Source: an uncultured bacterium
Lineage (GTDB): Bacteria; Margulisbacteria; WOR-1; CAVSGV01
Length of the DNA stretch: 64,000 nucleotides
Direction: 5' to 3'
Assembly: GCA_963768305.1 (NCBI GenBank)
Contig: CAVYHE010000004.1
Location: 69,555 to 133,554, forward strand
The position numbers were made by a program, and so were the translations under genes. Below the pieces are notes generated by a model. The model was not told the origin of the DNA and searched no databases. It saw only the letters and a list, made by a program, of their open reading frames with translations. Of this stretch, positions 53,060 to 62,314 are shown piece by piece; the stretch's first letter is position 1; each line of letters opens with the position of its first letter.

Positions 53060-53356
53060 ATGGCCGACGATAAACCGTGGTATTTAAAGGATTCCGGGAT
53101 TGCGCGGGCGCTTGAGAATTTCAAATCCGCGAGCAAAGAAAAGAGCGCTCTGGATGCTAAGACAAAAGAATTGATCAAATTCGCGGTTTCATCTGTGTTC
53201 AGGTGCACGCATTGCACCAACAGCCATTTAAAAAAGGCTCTGGCTTCCGGCGCTACCAAAGAAGAAGTTACTGAAGCGCTTTTGATCTCTTCGGTGCAGG
53301 CTGCGGCTACGCAGATGAACTGGAACAAGGAAGCTTTCGAAAAATATCTGGGCTGA
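53060..53356 (+). CDS. Carboxymuconolactone decarboxylase/AhpD-like protein
   Basis: ALDAKTKELI...CTHC...H...GATKEEV. Confidence 0.88.
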   Translation: MADDKPWYLKDSGIARALENFKSASKEKSALDAKTKELIKFAVSSVFRCTHCTNSHLKKALASGATKEEVTEALLISSVQAAATQMNWNKEAFEKYLG

Positions 53357-53613
53357 TGCGTTATTTTGTGTATATACTTGAATGCGCTGATGAATCATTT
53401 TACACGGGAATAACGATTGACCTTAAAAGAAGGTTCAATGAACATAGTTCCGGGAAAGGGGCGCATTACACCGCTTCAAGGAAACCGCTAAAGATAGTGT
53501 ATTATGAAAGGAAGAAAGACCGAGGTTTGGCTTTGAAACGGGAGGCGGAGATAAAAAGATGGCCGAGGACAAAGAAACTAGCTCTTATACACAGCGGCAA
53601 AAATGTGGTATAA
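53356..53613 (+). CDS. GIY-YIG nuclease (UPF0213/YhbQ-like)
   Basis: YFVYILEC...FYTGIT...RFNEH..GKGAHYT...ALKRE. Confidence 0.92.
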   Translation: MRYFVYILECADESFYTGITIDLKRRFNEHSSGKGAHYTASRKPLKIVYYERKKDRGLALKREAEIKRWPRTKKLALIHSGKNVV

Positions 53614-53631
53614 TCCTTAATTGAAAATAGC

Positions 53632-54108
53632 ATGAAAAAGCACATTAAATATCTTTTAGTTTTACTGGCCTTAACATTATTCGTATCCGGTTGCAAGACC
53701 ACTTTTGTCGTTCGCGGAGCGACATCCAAACAGATCATCCCTATTTTCAAAGATTATGTCGGGGCCCACGGATATACAATGCGGTACCAGAACGACTTTA
53801 CAGGCTCGTATAATGTTGATATGGGTGTCGTTTATGTCCCAGCTGTGAGCGAAACTGAAAAGACAAAAACTGTTATGAGTGCTCCCCGCGGAGAGAACTC
53901 TTACCAGCCAATGACCGCTTATGAACAGACCACCTGGAACACTGTCAGCAATCCCGCGCATTTTGAAGAAGCCACGGCTGTTGTAAATTTCATCCAGCAG
54001 GGAAGCGATGTCATGGTGAACATCGACACAAATGACGCGGGCGGGGGCTCGCTGGATGACCTGCGGGATTATCTGCAAACTCTCGGCTATAAGGTAGATA
54101 ATCAATGA
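53632..54108 (+). CDS. Hypothetical lipoprotein
   Basis: Lipobox VSGC after a hydrophobic signal. Confidence 0.75.
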   Translation: MKKHIKYLLVLLALTLFVSGCKTTFVVRGATSKQIIPIFKDYVGAHGYTMRYQNDFTGSYNVDMGVVYVPAVSETEKTKTVMSAPRGENSYQPMTAYEQTTWNTVSNPAHFEEATAVVNFIQQGSDVMVNIDTNDAGGGSLDDLRDYLQTLGYKVDNQ

Positions 54109-54140
54109 AGGCCTGTCTGAGGCAGGCAAAGGGGTCTGCA

Positions 54141-54623
54141 ATGAGAAATAAAATTTTCTGGATAATGTTGGTCTTTCTTATGTTTATTTGCATATCCGCT
54201 AATGCGGAGATCCGCACTTACAGACAGGTAAAGGACGTAGCCACCACGGAGAACGGCAGGGTTGTCGATTCAAATGCCAAAGGCGACCTGTTCCAATATA
54301 CATATAATGTGGATACTGCGAACAATAAAGTCACTCGAATTAAGATCATGCGTCTTGATGAGACGGGGCCCCATGATGACGCCACTGAATACACTATCAC
54401 AGGGACCAAAGAAATTGTCGGCAGCGAAGCCGGGAATGGCGGCGAAGTTATTGTCGCGACACAAAAAGACGGGAATGAAATCCTGGAGCTGGGCAACCGG
54501 TTCGCATTTACTACAAGGACAAGCCCGTTCTCACAGGTTATCACGGGAGTTTACAGAAGGATTTATGATAGGGACGGCGATGGGCCGAAACATCATCACG
54601 GAGACAAACCCGTCATTGACTAA
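54141..54623 (+). CDS. Hypothetical exported protein
   Basis: Signal peptide ending ANA; beta-rich mature part. Confidence 0.7.
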   Translation: MRNKIFWIMLVFLMFICISANAEIRTYRQVKDVATTENGRVVDSNAKGDLFQYTYNVDTANNKVTRIKIMRLDETGPHDDATEYTITGTKEIVGSEAGNGGEVIVATQKDGNEILELGNRFAFTTRTSPFSQVITGVYRRIYDRDGDGPKHHHGDKPVID

Positions 54624-54752
54624 CTCATCCTCGCATCAAGTGTTGTCCAAATTTTGATCATGGCCAAAAATTCCGTTTCCACAACATCTGATCTTCATGA
54701 TATAATCAACTGTTTCGTTTTAAATTTTCACAAATAGAAAGAGGTAGATAAA

Positions 54753-57017
54753 ATGTCTGAGTCAATTATGTTGCCGGCTCTGGGTCCATTGGAAGTTAAT
54801 CTGTTGTGGCTAGTTCTTCTGTCAGCGGTCATAGCCTTGTCTTATGGGGCGCTGTTAGCATGGAAAGTGCTTCGCGTTCCGCAGGGATCCAAAAAGATGA
54901 TAGATGTTTCTAAAGCTATCCAGGAAGGATCAGCTGCTTATCTGGAACGGCAGTTCAAGGTCATGGGCATTTTCATTGTTCTGATCTCCGCGGCCCTTTA
55001 TTTCATATATTTACAAGTATATTCCGACAGGCCTATTTTGGCCGTAGGGATCGCACTCGCGTTCCTTGCAGGGTCCTGCGCTTCGGCCGGAGCCGGTTAT
55101 GTGGGAATGAGCCTTGCGGTCCGCGCGAACGTCAGAGTCGCCAACGCTGCGCTTAAAAGCTACAAAAAAGCACTTGAGATAGCGTTCCAAGCCGGAACGG
55201 TATCAGGAATGTTCACCGTCGGGTTGGGATTGCTTGGCGCGACCATCATCTTTATGATATTCCAGCGGGACGCGATGAGGGTCCTGGTCGGGTTCGGTTT
55301 CGGCGGATGTCTTGTCGCTCTATTCATGAGGATAGGCGGAGGCATTTATACGAAAGCTGCGGATGTCGGCGCCGATCTTGTCGGAAAAGTTGAAAAAAAT
55401 ATCCCTGAAGATGATCCCAGGAACGCTGCGGTCATCGCGGACAACGTGGGCGACAACGTGGGCGACTGCGCCGGTATGGCCGCCGATGTTTTTGAAAGTT
55501 ACGAAGTGACCCTTGTTGCTGCCATCATCCTTGGAGCAGGCGTTCTCCTGGATAAAAGCTTTACAACATTATATGGAGTTGCCGCCGGCGCGATGGCACT
55601 TAAGCTGATCATTTATCCTTTGCTTGTTAGGGCCGTGGGCGTCTTTGCGTCGATAATCGGAACATGGTCCGTGAGAGGGAAGGATTCAAAAAAGATCGGC
55701 GATCCCATGAAGCCTATCCATTTCGGTTTTTGGGTAGCGGCTGTCTCCTCGATAATCGGATTCGGCACAGTGAATTATTTTTATCTCAGAGATCCGGCTA
55801 CGAACCTTCCCGATTGGAGATTTTTCTTCGCCACTTTGACCGGCATCGGCCTTGCGGTTGTTATCGAATTTATCACGAATTATTATACTCATACTGAGAA
55901 CAGGCCTGTCAGGGATACGGCGTACGCCACAAAAACAGGCGCAGCTACCACAATATTGACCGGATACGGCCTAGCGAATGAATCTTCGGTTTGGGCAATA
56001 CTCGCTATCGCAGCTACAATCTTCATTTCAATGACGATATTCGGCGGCAATATCGCGCTGTCGGCTTACGGCATCGCATTGGCCGGCCTGGGACTTCTTA
56101 CGACGACCGGATTTATCCTTGCGGAAGACACGTTCGGCCCCATTTCCGACAATGCGAACGGAATATTCGAGATGTCCGGAGCGAACAAAGGAGCAGGGAA
56201 GAATGCGCAGGAGATAATCACAAGATTGGACGCGGTAGGGAATACAACAAAAGCTCTTACGAAAGGTTTTGCCATCGCGACCGCAGTCATTGCCGCTATC
56301 GCATTGTTCAGGTCATTTATCGCCGAAGGCGGACTGCTTGAGACTGGGATACAGATAAATATCCCATCCGTTTTCATCGGTCTCCTCATCGGCGGCGCCG
56401 TTCCGATCCTTTTCTCGTCTTTTCTTATCGGCGCTGTAAGCAGGTCCGCTTTCTTCGTAGTGGAAGAAGTGAGAAGGCAGTTCAGAGAGATCCCTGGCAT
56501 AATGACCGGTAAGGGCAAACCGGAATATTTTAAATGCGTGGATATTGTCACGACAGCTGCGCAGAAAGAACTTATCGGCCCGGCACTTGTCGCGGTCTTC
56601 ACTCCAATCGCGGTTGGTTTCGGCCTTGGCGCCGCGGCTCTCGGAGGATATCTTGCCGGCGCGATCCTCGTTGGCCAGTTGATGGCCGTATTACTCGCGA
56701 ACTCCGGAGCGATTTGGGATAACGCGAAGAAGCTGATCGAAATGGGCGCTCACGGCGGAAAGGGAAGCGAATCGCATAAAGCTGCGGTCATAGGTGACAC
56801 TGTGGGTGATCCGTTCAAGGATACCGCCGGCCCGGCGCTTAATCCTTTGATCAAGGTCATGAACCTTGTCGCGATACTTATTGTACCTGTCATTCTCTTG
56901 AGAGTTCCGGATCAGATAAATAACGGTATCGTTAGCTTTTCAGTATTAATGATCGCTATTGCTTTCTGGCTTTCCAAAAAAGAGCAGATACAGGTAAAAA
57001 AGAAATCCAAGATTTGA
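54753..57017 (+). CDS. hppA: Membrane-integral pyrophosphatase, K+-independent signature
   Basis: GGGIYTKAADVGADLVGKVE, DNVGDNVGD, GNTTKA, GDTVGDPFKD. Confidence 0.96.
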   Translation: MSESIMLPALGPLEVNLLWLVLLSAVIALSYGALLAWKVLRVPQGSKKMIDVSKAIQEGSAAYLERQFKVMGIFIVLISAALYFIYLQVYSDRPILAVGIALAFLAGSCASAGAGYVGMSLAVRANVRVANAALKSYKKALEIAFQAGTVSGMFTVGLGLLGATIIFMIFQRDAMRVLVGFGFGGCLVALFMRIGGGIYTKAADVGADLVGKVEKNIPEDDPRNAAVIADNVGDNVGDCAGMAADVFESYEVTLVAAIILGAGVLLDKSFTTLYGVAAGAMALKLIIYPLLVRAVGVFASIIGTWSVRGKDSKKIGDPMKPIHFGFWVAAVSSIIGFGTVNYFYLRDPATNLPDWRFFFATLTGIGLAVVIEFITNYYTHTENRPVRDTAYATKTGAATTILTGYGLANESSVWAILAIAATIFISMTIFGGNIALSAYGIALAGLGLLTTTGFILAEDTFGPISDNANGIFEMSGANKGAGKNAQEIITRLDAVGNTTKALTKGFAIATAVIAAIALFRSFIAEGGLLETGIQINIPSVFIGLLIGGAVPILFSSFLIGAVSRSAFFVVEEVRRQFREIPGIMTGKGKPEYFKCVDIVTTAAQKELIGPALVAVFTPIAVGFGLGAAALGGYLAGAILVGQLMAVLLANSGAIWDNAKKLIEMGAHGGKGSESHKAAVIGDTVGDPFKDTAGPALNPLIKVMNLVAILIVPVILLRVPDQINNGIVSFSVLMIAIAFWLSKKEQIQVKKKSKI

Positions 57018-57049
57018 TATTTTAGCTCAACAGCTTATAATTCAAGATT

Positions 57050-59578
57050 ATGGCTGATCCTAATTTTTCCGCCAATCCGATCGATGTTGTCCTGAAAAAC
57101 TTTGATACAACAGAAAAAGGCCTTTCTGATCAGGAAGCTTCGATACGCCTTCGAAAATTCGGGACCAATGAGCCCGCCGCCAAGAAAAAAACTTCGGTTA
57201 TTCTTCAGGTCATTTTAAAATTTGCGAATCCGCTCATCATATTATTATTTATTATTGCCGGATTCTCTCTCTTTTTTGGAGAAAAAATAAGCGCGCTTAT
57301 AGTTGTGTTCCTTGCTTTAGTGAGCGTTGTGCTTTCATTTGTCCAGGAATATCGCGCCGGCAGGGAAGCCGAAAAACTGAGCGAAATGGTCCATACGACG
57401 GCTACCGTCATAAGGCACGGCAAGTCGAGGGAGATAAGGATAACCGAGATAGTTCCCGGCGACTTAGTGGACCTTTTTGCCGGAGACATGATCCCTGCTG
57501 ACCTGAGGATTATCTCCTGTAAGGACCTTTTCATTAATCAGGCTGCATTGACCGGCGAGTCGTTCCCGGTTGAAAAATTCGCGGGGGAGGTTGGATCAAA
57601 GACGCATTCACCCTCTGACCTGACTAATATCGCTTTTATGGGTTCCAGCGTAGTGAGCGGAACAGGCCTGGGCGTCGTCATAAGGACTGGGCCGAGGACG
57701 CAATTCGGGGAACTTGCCGCCAGGGTGTCGGCGATAGGCGTTGAGACAAGCTTCGACAGGGGAGTGCGCGAATTCACCTGGCTGATGATCTACGCGATGA
57801 TAATAATGGTAATGGTCATTTTTGCCATAAACGCTCTCCGGCGCGGGAACATCATCGAATCCCTGCTTTTCTCCCTTGGCGTCGCGGTAGGGCTAACGCC
57901 GGAGATGCTGCCGGTGCTGGTCACCGTAAATTTATCCAGAGGCGCGATAAATATGGCCAAAAAGGAAGTCATCGTCAAGCGGCTGAATTCCATCCAGAAT
58001 TTCGGCGCGATGGACATCCTTTGCACCGACAAAACGGGAACGCTGACTATGAACCACATAATCCTTGAAAAGCATTGCGATGTTGTCGGTAAGGACAACG
58101 AAGATGTTCTTCTTTTCGCCTACATAAACAGCTCTTATCAGACCGGGCTGAGGAACCTTTTGGACAAGACCATCCTGAATCACGAGAAATTCGCCATAAA
58201 AAAATTCAGGAAACTGGATGAGATACCTTTTGATTTTACGCGCAAGTTAATGTCCGTTGCGGTGGAATACGAAGGGAAGCACAGGATCATCTCAAAAGGA
58301 GCGCCGGAAGAGATAGTGAAGCGTTGCGCTCATTATGAGCTCGACGGAAAAATTTACCCCATGCATTCCGGCCTGCATGCTGACCTGAAAAAAGAACACG
58401 ATTCATTGAGCAGGGAAGGGTTCCGTGTGCTTGCGATTTCGTACAAGGATACCGACGTTAACAGGGAATTCTTTTCAAGGGACGATGAAAAGGAAATGAT
58501 ATTGAAGGGATACGTGGCCTTCCTGGATCCGCCGAAGCCGACAGCGAAAGCGGCCATTCAATCCCTGCAAAAGCTCGGAATACAGGTGAAGGTCATCACC
58601 GGCGACAATGAGCTTGTCGCGCAAAAGATATGCAGCGAGGTGGGGCTGGATGTCTCGGGGCTCATGACCGGCGAAGAACTTGGGAAATTGAACAATGAAC
58701 AGCTGATGAAAGCCGTCGGATCCATAACCGTGTTCGCGAGGACCTCTCCTGTCCAGAAAGGAAGGATAGTGCGCGCCATTCACGATGCGGGACATACGGT
58801 GGGATATCTGGGCGACGGAATTAACGACGCGCCGGCGCTTAAAAGCTCCGATGTCGGCATTTCGGTGAACAACGCGGTCGACATCGCAAAAGAATCGGCC
58901 GACATGATACTCTTAAAGAAAAGCCTGGCGGTCCTTAAGGAAGGAGTGATCGAAGGGAGAAGGACGTTCGGAAATATCGTTAAATACATAAAAATGGGCG
59001 CCAGCTCGAACTTTGGCAACATGTTCAGCATGACAGGCGGAAGCTTGTTCCTTCCTTTCCTTCCGATGCTTCCGATCCAGATATTATTGAATAATTTCCT
59101 TTATGATATGTCCCAGCTTGCCATTCCGACAGATGCTGTGGACAGCGAATATCTGGCGCGACCGCGGCCGTGGAACATCAACTCCATCAAAAGGTTCATG
59201 ATATTGCTTGGGCCTGTAAGCTCGATCTTTGATTTTTTGACGTTCGGCGTGATGCTTTTTGTTTTCAGGGCTTCGGCGGAGCTGTTCAGGACAGGCTGGT
59301 TCGTGGAATCTTTGGTCACTCAAACGCTTATAATATATGTAATAAGGACCGCGAACGTGCCGTTCCGGGGCAGCATGCCGAGCCGCGCCCTGATATTCAC
59401 AACGCTTTTGATAGCGGCCGTTGGATTATATCTTCCGTTCTCGCCCATAAGAATCGCGTTCGGCTTTGTTTCGCTTCCGCCGCTTTATTTCGCGGTACTG
59501 ACTTTGATAGTCATTGTTTACATGCTTATGGTCCAGATGGTCAAATCCTGGTTCGTCAGGAAATACGGGTTTGATTGA
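57050..59578 (+). CDS. mgtA: Mg2+-translocating P-type ATPase
   Basis: TGES, GLTPEMLP, DKTGT, GDGINDAP, SSNFGNMFS. Confidence 0.95.
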   Translation: MADPNFSANPIDVVLKNFDTTEKGLSDQEASIRLRKFGTNEPAAKKKTSVILQVILKFANPLIILLFIIAGFSLFFGEKISALIVVFLALVSVVLSFVQEYRAGREAEKLSEMVHTTATVIRHGKSREIRITEIVPGDLVDLFAGDMIPADLRIISCKDLFINQAALTGESFPVEKFAGEVGSKTHSPSDLTNIAFMGSSVVSGTGLGVVIRTGPRTQFGELAARVSAIGVETSFDRGVREFTWLMIYAMIIMVMVIFAINALRRGNIIESLLFSLGVAVGLTPEMLPVLVTVNLSRGAINMAKKEVIVKRLNSIQNFGAMDILCTDKTGTLTMNHIILEKHCDVVGKDNEDVLLFAYINSSYQTGLRNLLDKTILNHEKFAIKKFRKLDEIPFDFTRKLMSVAVEYEGKHRIISKGAPEEIVKRCAHYELDGKIYPMHSGLHADLKKEHDSLSREGFRVLAISYKDTDVNREFFSRDDEKEMILKGYVAFLDPPKPTAKAAIQSLQKLGIQVKVITGDNELVAQKICSEVGLDVSGLMTGEELGKLNNEQLMKAVGSITVFARTSPVQKGRIVRAIHDAGHTVGYLGDGINDAPALKSSDVGISVNNAVDIAKESADMILLKKSLAVLKEGVIEGRRTFGNIVKYIKMGASSNFGNMFSMTGGSLFLPFLPMLPIQILLNNFLYDMSQLAIPTDAVDSEYLARPRPWNINSIKRFMILLGPVSSIFDFLTFGVMLFVFRASAELFRTGWFVESLVTQTLIIYVIRTANVPFRGSMPSRALIFTTLLIAAVGLYLPFSPIRIAFGFVSLPPLYFAVLTLIVIVYMLMVQMVKSWFVRKYGFD

Positions 59579-59592
59579 AGAAAAAAAGAGGC

Positions 59593-59910
59593 TCAATCGA
59601 GAAGTTTTGCTTCAGCTTCCTTAAAAAGTATTTTGATCTCCAAATCGTTTGTATCCATGCAGGATGATATATACCTGATCGTTCCATTCCTTAATATGTG
59701 ATTATCGATGTCATTAGCTGTTTTCAAAGCTTCCTTGAAAACCCTGGAAACTTCATTTTTAGCTTTCCCTGCTTTATCCAACGCTTCAGCGCTGTCTGCG
59801 GCGGCATGTGCTTTCTTAAACAGATCATCATTGGCATAGTTAGATATGATTGGTTTATGTGGCGCTCGAGACTTTTTGAATACCAGTGTAACCTGTAAAC
59901 TGTCAGCCAT
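59593..59910 (-). CDS. Hypothetical helical-repeat protein, paralog C
   Basis: RBS AGGAG; KAGKAK...FKEALKTANDIDN motif shared with neighbours. Confidence 0.65.
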   Translation of the reverse strand: MADSLQVTLVFKKSRAPHKPIISNYANDDLFKKAHAAADSAEALDKAGKAKNEVSRVFKEALKTANDIDNHILRNGTIRYISSCMDTNDLEIKILFKEAEAKLLD

Positions 59911-59959
59911 TTTTTCTTCTCCTAATAGGCCTTTGGGGCGTTTTACCTTTTACAAAATC

Positions 59960-60298
59960 TTACTTAGGAAGTTCTACTCCGGCATCTTTGAACATTTGGG
60001 TTATTTCATTTTTATCCAGCCCGGCTTTAGCCATGTTTGAAGCTATACACTTTATAGCGCATTCCATTTGCTGAGGGTCTTTGATAGCCCTGACCGCTTT
60101 CAACGCTTCATTAAATTTCTTGATCACATCGTTTTTATCGAGCCCGGCTTGAGCCATTTCTAAGGCTTTATCTGCAAGATTAGTTGCTTTCAAAAGAGAG
60201 GTTATTTCAATAAATCCGTTCTGATTATTTTTGTCAAAGCCGACATATAAGGTTTGATCATTATTGGAAACGCTAGAGACTCGAGAGCTATCAATCAT
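59960..60298 (-). CDS. Hypothetical helical-repeat protein, paralog B
   Basis: Ser-rich N-terminus; MAxAGLDKN twice; FNEALKAVRAIKDP. Confidence 0.7.
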   Translation of the reverse strand: MIDSSRVSSVSNNDQTLYVGFDKNNQNGFIEITSLLKATNLADKALEMAQAGLDKNDVIKKFNEALKAVRAIKDPQQMECAIKCIASNMAKAGLDKNEITQMFKDAGVELPK

Positions 60299-60654
60299 TT
60301 CCCGCCTCCTTGAATGATCGGTATATCATAGATCATTTGCAGCGGCTTTAGCCATAGCTGGCGCAATATTTCTCTCCCTTTTTCTGTTTCTTTCGGATCC
60401 TTAATAGATTGGACTGTTTTCAATGCTTCTTTGGCCTTTCCAGCCCCAGCCAATTTTGAAGCTATATCTTCGGGAGAGATCGCTTCTTTTGAAGACTTAT
60501 TCGACCCGGATGTTTTCGGGCTGTCATTAAGGGCTTTCTTTGTTTTATTCGTGTCTGCATTGAGTTTAGCCGCCATCGAGGCCGCATTGGCTGCATTCAT
60601 AATAAGAGATGCCGCGGGCGTAATGTTGAAATTAAATACCGGAGAACTGCCCAT
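60295..60654 (-). CDS. Hypothetical helical-repeat protein, paralog A (3' end may be frameshifted)
   Basis: RBS AGGAGG; Ser/Asn/Ala-rich N-terminus; AGKAKEALKTVQSIKDP. Confidence 0.65.
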   Translation of the reverse strand: MGSSPVFNFNITPAASLIMNAANAASMAAKLNADTNKTKKALNDSPKTSGSNKSSKEAISPEDIASKLAGAGKAKEALKTVQSIKDPKETEKGREILRQLWLKPLQMIYDIPIIQGGGK

Positions 60655-60722
60655 AATATCTTCCTCCTTTTATGTTAAGTCTGAACATGAGATTAGATTT
60701 CTCAAAATCCATTTCTATTAGA

Positions 60723-60751
60723 TTATCGTCAAAACCCATCAAAAATTTCAC
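60723..60751 (-). promoter_or_regulatory. Sigma28-like promoter, copy 6
   Basis: GTGAAATTT-TTGATGGGTTTT-GACGATAA, upstream of ATG 60654. Confidence 0.78.
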
Positions 60752-60868
60752 TATTTTGGTCATATTTTCAGGGCCATTCCGGCAGATTTCAACAACATTG
60801 CGGCTGCACACAATTTTCTTATTGATAAAAATCGCTTTATTTGTTAAACTAAAACGTTTGCTCGTTAT

Positions 60869-62314
60869 ATGAAAAATAATATTTTACTTCTCAGCATTGT
60901 TTTTATTCCAGTTTTCGGAGCTTTTGTCCTTCCTGTTATAGGATGGCTGTCAAAAGGCTCCCGTAACGTGCTTGCGTTCATTTTGATCTCTGTTTCATTC
61001 ATCCTTTCAGCGTCGCTGATACCCTTTGTGATGTCCGGCGGGACGGCCACTTTCAGCCTGCCTCTTGCTTTCGGCTTTAACTTGGCTTTCACCGCCGACA
61101 ACCTGGCGGTCTTCATGGCGTGCGTCTCGTCTTTGATCAGCGCGATCATCATCCTTTATTCGTTCGATTATATAAGCCATTACGATGACCAGAACGAGTA
61201 CTATTCAATGGTCGTCCTTTTCTGCGGGTCCATGATGGGCATCGTTTATTCAGCGAACCTGATATTCCTGTACATTTTTTGGGAGCTTACAGCCATTACC
61301 AGCTGGCGCCTTATCGGCTATTTCAGGGAAAAAGCGCATGTGCTGAAAGCTGACAAAGCTTTTCTCGTCACTGTCTTCGGAGCTGTGCTCATGCTTATCG
61401 GCTTTATCGCCATTTATCAGCTGACGGGATCTTTTGATCTTGCCGTCATAAAAGAAGCGGTGAAGACCCATCCGATACCGGATATACTCCTCGGATTTAT
61501 TTTGATCGGTTTTCTTGCAAAATCAGCGACACTGCCGTTCCATACCTGGTTGCCTGACGCCGGCGTCGCGCCGTCACCGGTGACGGCACTTCTCCATGCC
61601 GCGGTCCTTGTTAAGATAGGCGTGTACGTTTTTGCCAGATTGTTCATCGCCACTTTTTCGATAGGTCAGGTCTGGCATGTCATCGTTCCGACCATCGCTG
61701 TTACAAGCGTGCTGGTATCTGCCGCAGCCGCGATGGTGGAGACCGACCTAAAGAGATTGATCGCGTATTCCACGGTCAGCCAGATAGGCTTTATTTTCTT
61801 CGGGCTCTCGACCGGTAACGTCATCGGAGTGGCCGGCGGCCTTCTTTATATATTAATGCATGGATTGGCGAAGGCCGGGCTCTTCCTTTCCGCCGGCGTT
61901 ATAGAGCAAAAAACAAAGGTGAGGGACATCACTCGGCTCGGCGGGCTTTTTTCGGCGATGCCGGTCACCGCGATGTCATTCCTTTTATGCGCATTCTCTG
62001 TTATGGGCATTCCTCCTTTCGGCGGGTTCTTCAGCAAGTACATGGTCTTTGTAGGCGCGATTCAGGCGAAACAATATATCCTTGCCGCGTTCCTTCTGGC
62101 AGGCGCGTTCATGACGGTGATATATTTATTAAGAGTGTTCAATCTGGTTTTTCTTGGTGAGGCAAAGATTGCTCCGGTCAGGGAAGGTTCCGTTCTTATG
62201 GTATCGTGCATCGCAACGCTGGCGGCGCTCTCGATAATCGGAGGCTTATTTGTGGGATATCCGATGGAGTTTGCGAGAACGGCGGCTGCTCAAATGTTAG
62301 GAGTAATTAAATGA
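60869..62314 (+). CDS. NuoL/MrpA-D family proton-translocating membrane subunit
   Basis: FWELT, KSATLPFHTWLPDA, LLHAA, DLKRLIAYSTVSQ, HGLAKA, GIPPFGGFFSK. Confidence 0.9.
   Translation: MKNNILLLSIVFIPVFGAFVLPVIGWLSKGSRNVLAFILISVSFILSASLIPFVMSGGTATFSLPLAFGFNLAFTADNLAVFMACVSSLISAIIILYSFDYISHYDDQNEYYSMVVLFCGSMMGIVYSANLIFLYIFWELTAITSWRLIGYFREKAHVLKADKAFLVTVFGAVLMLIGFIAIYQLTGSFDLAVIKEAVKTHPIPDILLGFILIGFLAKSATLPFHTWLPDAGVAPSPVTALLHAAVLVKIGVYVFARLFIATFSIGQVWHVIVPTIAVTSVLVSAAAAMVETDLKRLIAYSTVSQIGFIFFGLSTGNVIGVAGGLLYILMHGLAKAGLFLSAGVIEQKTKVRDITRLGGLFSAMPVTAMSFLLCAFSVMGIPPFGGFFSKYMVFVGAIQAKQYILAAFLLAGAFMTVIYLLRVFNLVFLGEAKIAPVREGSVLMVSCIATLAALSIIGGLFVGYPMEFARTAAAQMLGVIK

Noticed and set aside
53356..53613. 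GIY-YIG gene as a homing endonuclease or mobile element
   Set aside because: It is the 85-aa stand-alone UPF0213 type, with no intron or flanking repeats.
54105..54140. Upstream start giving MKACLRQAKGSA
   Set aside because: It spans a short palindrome (GCCTGTCTGAGGCAGGC); the signal peptide begins at ATG 54141.
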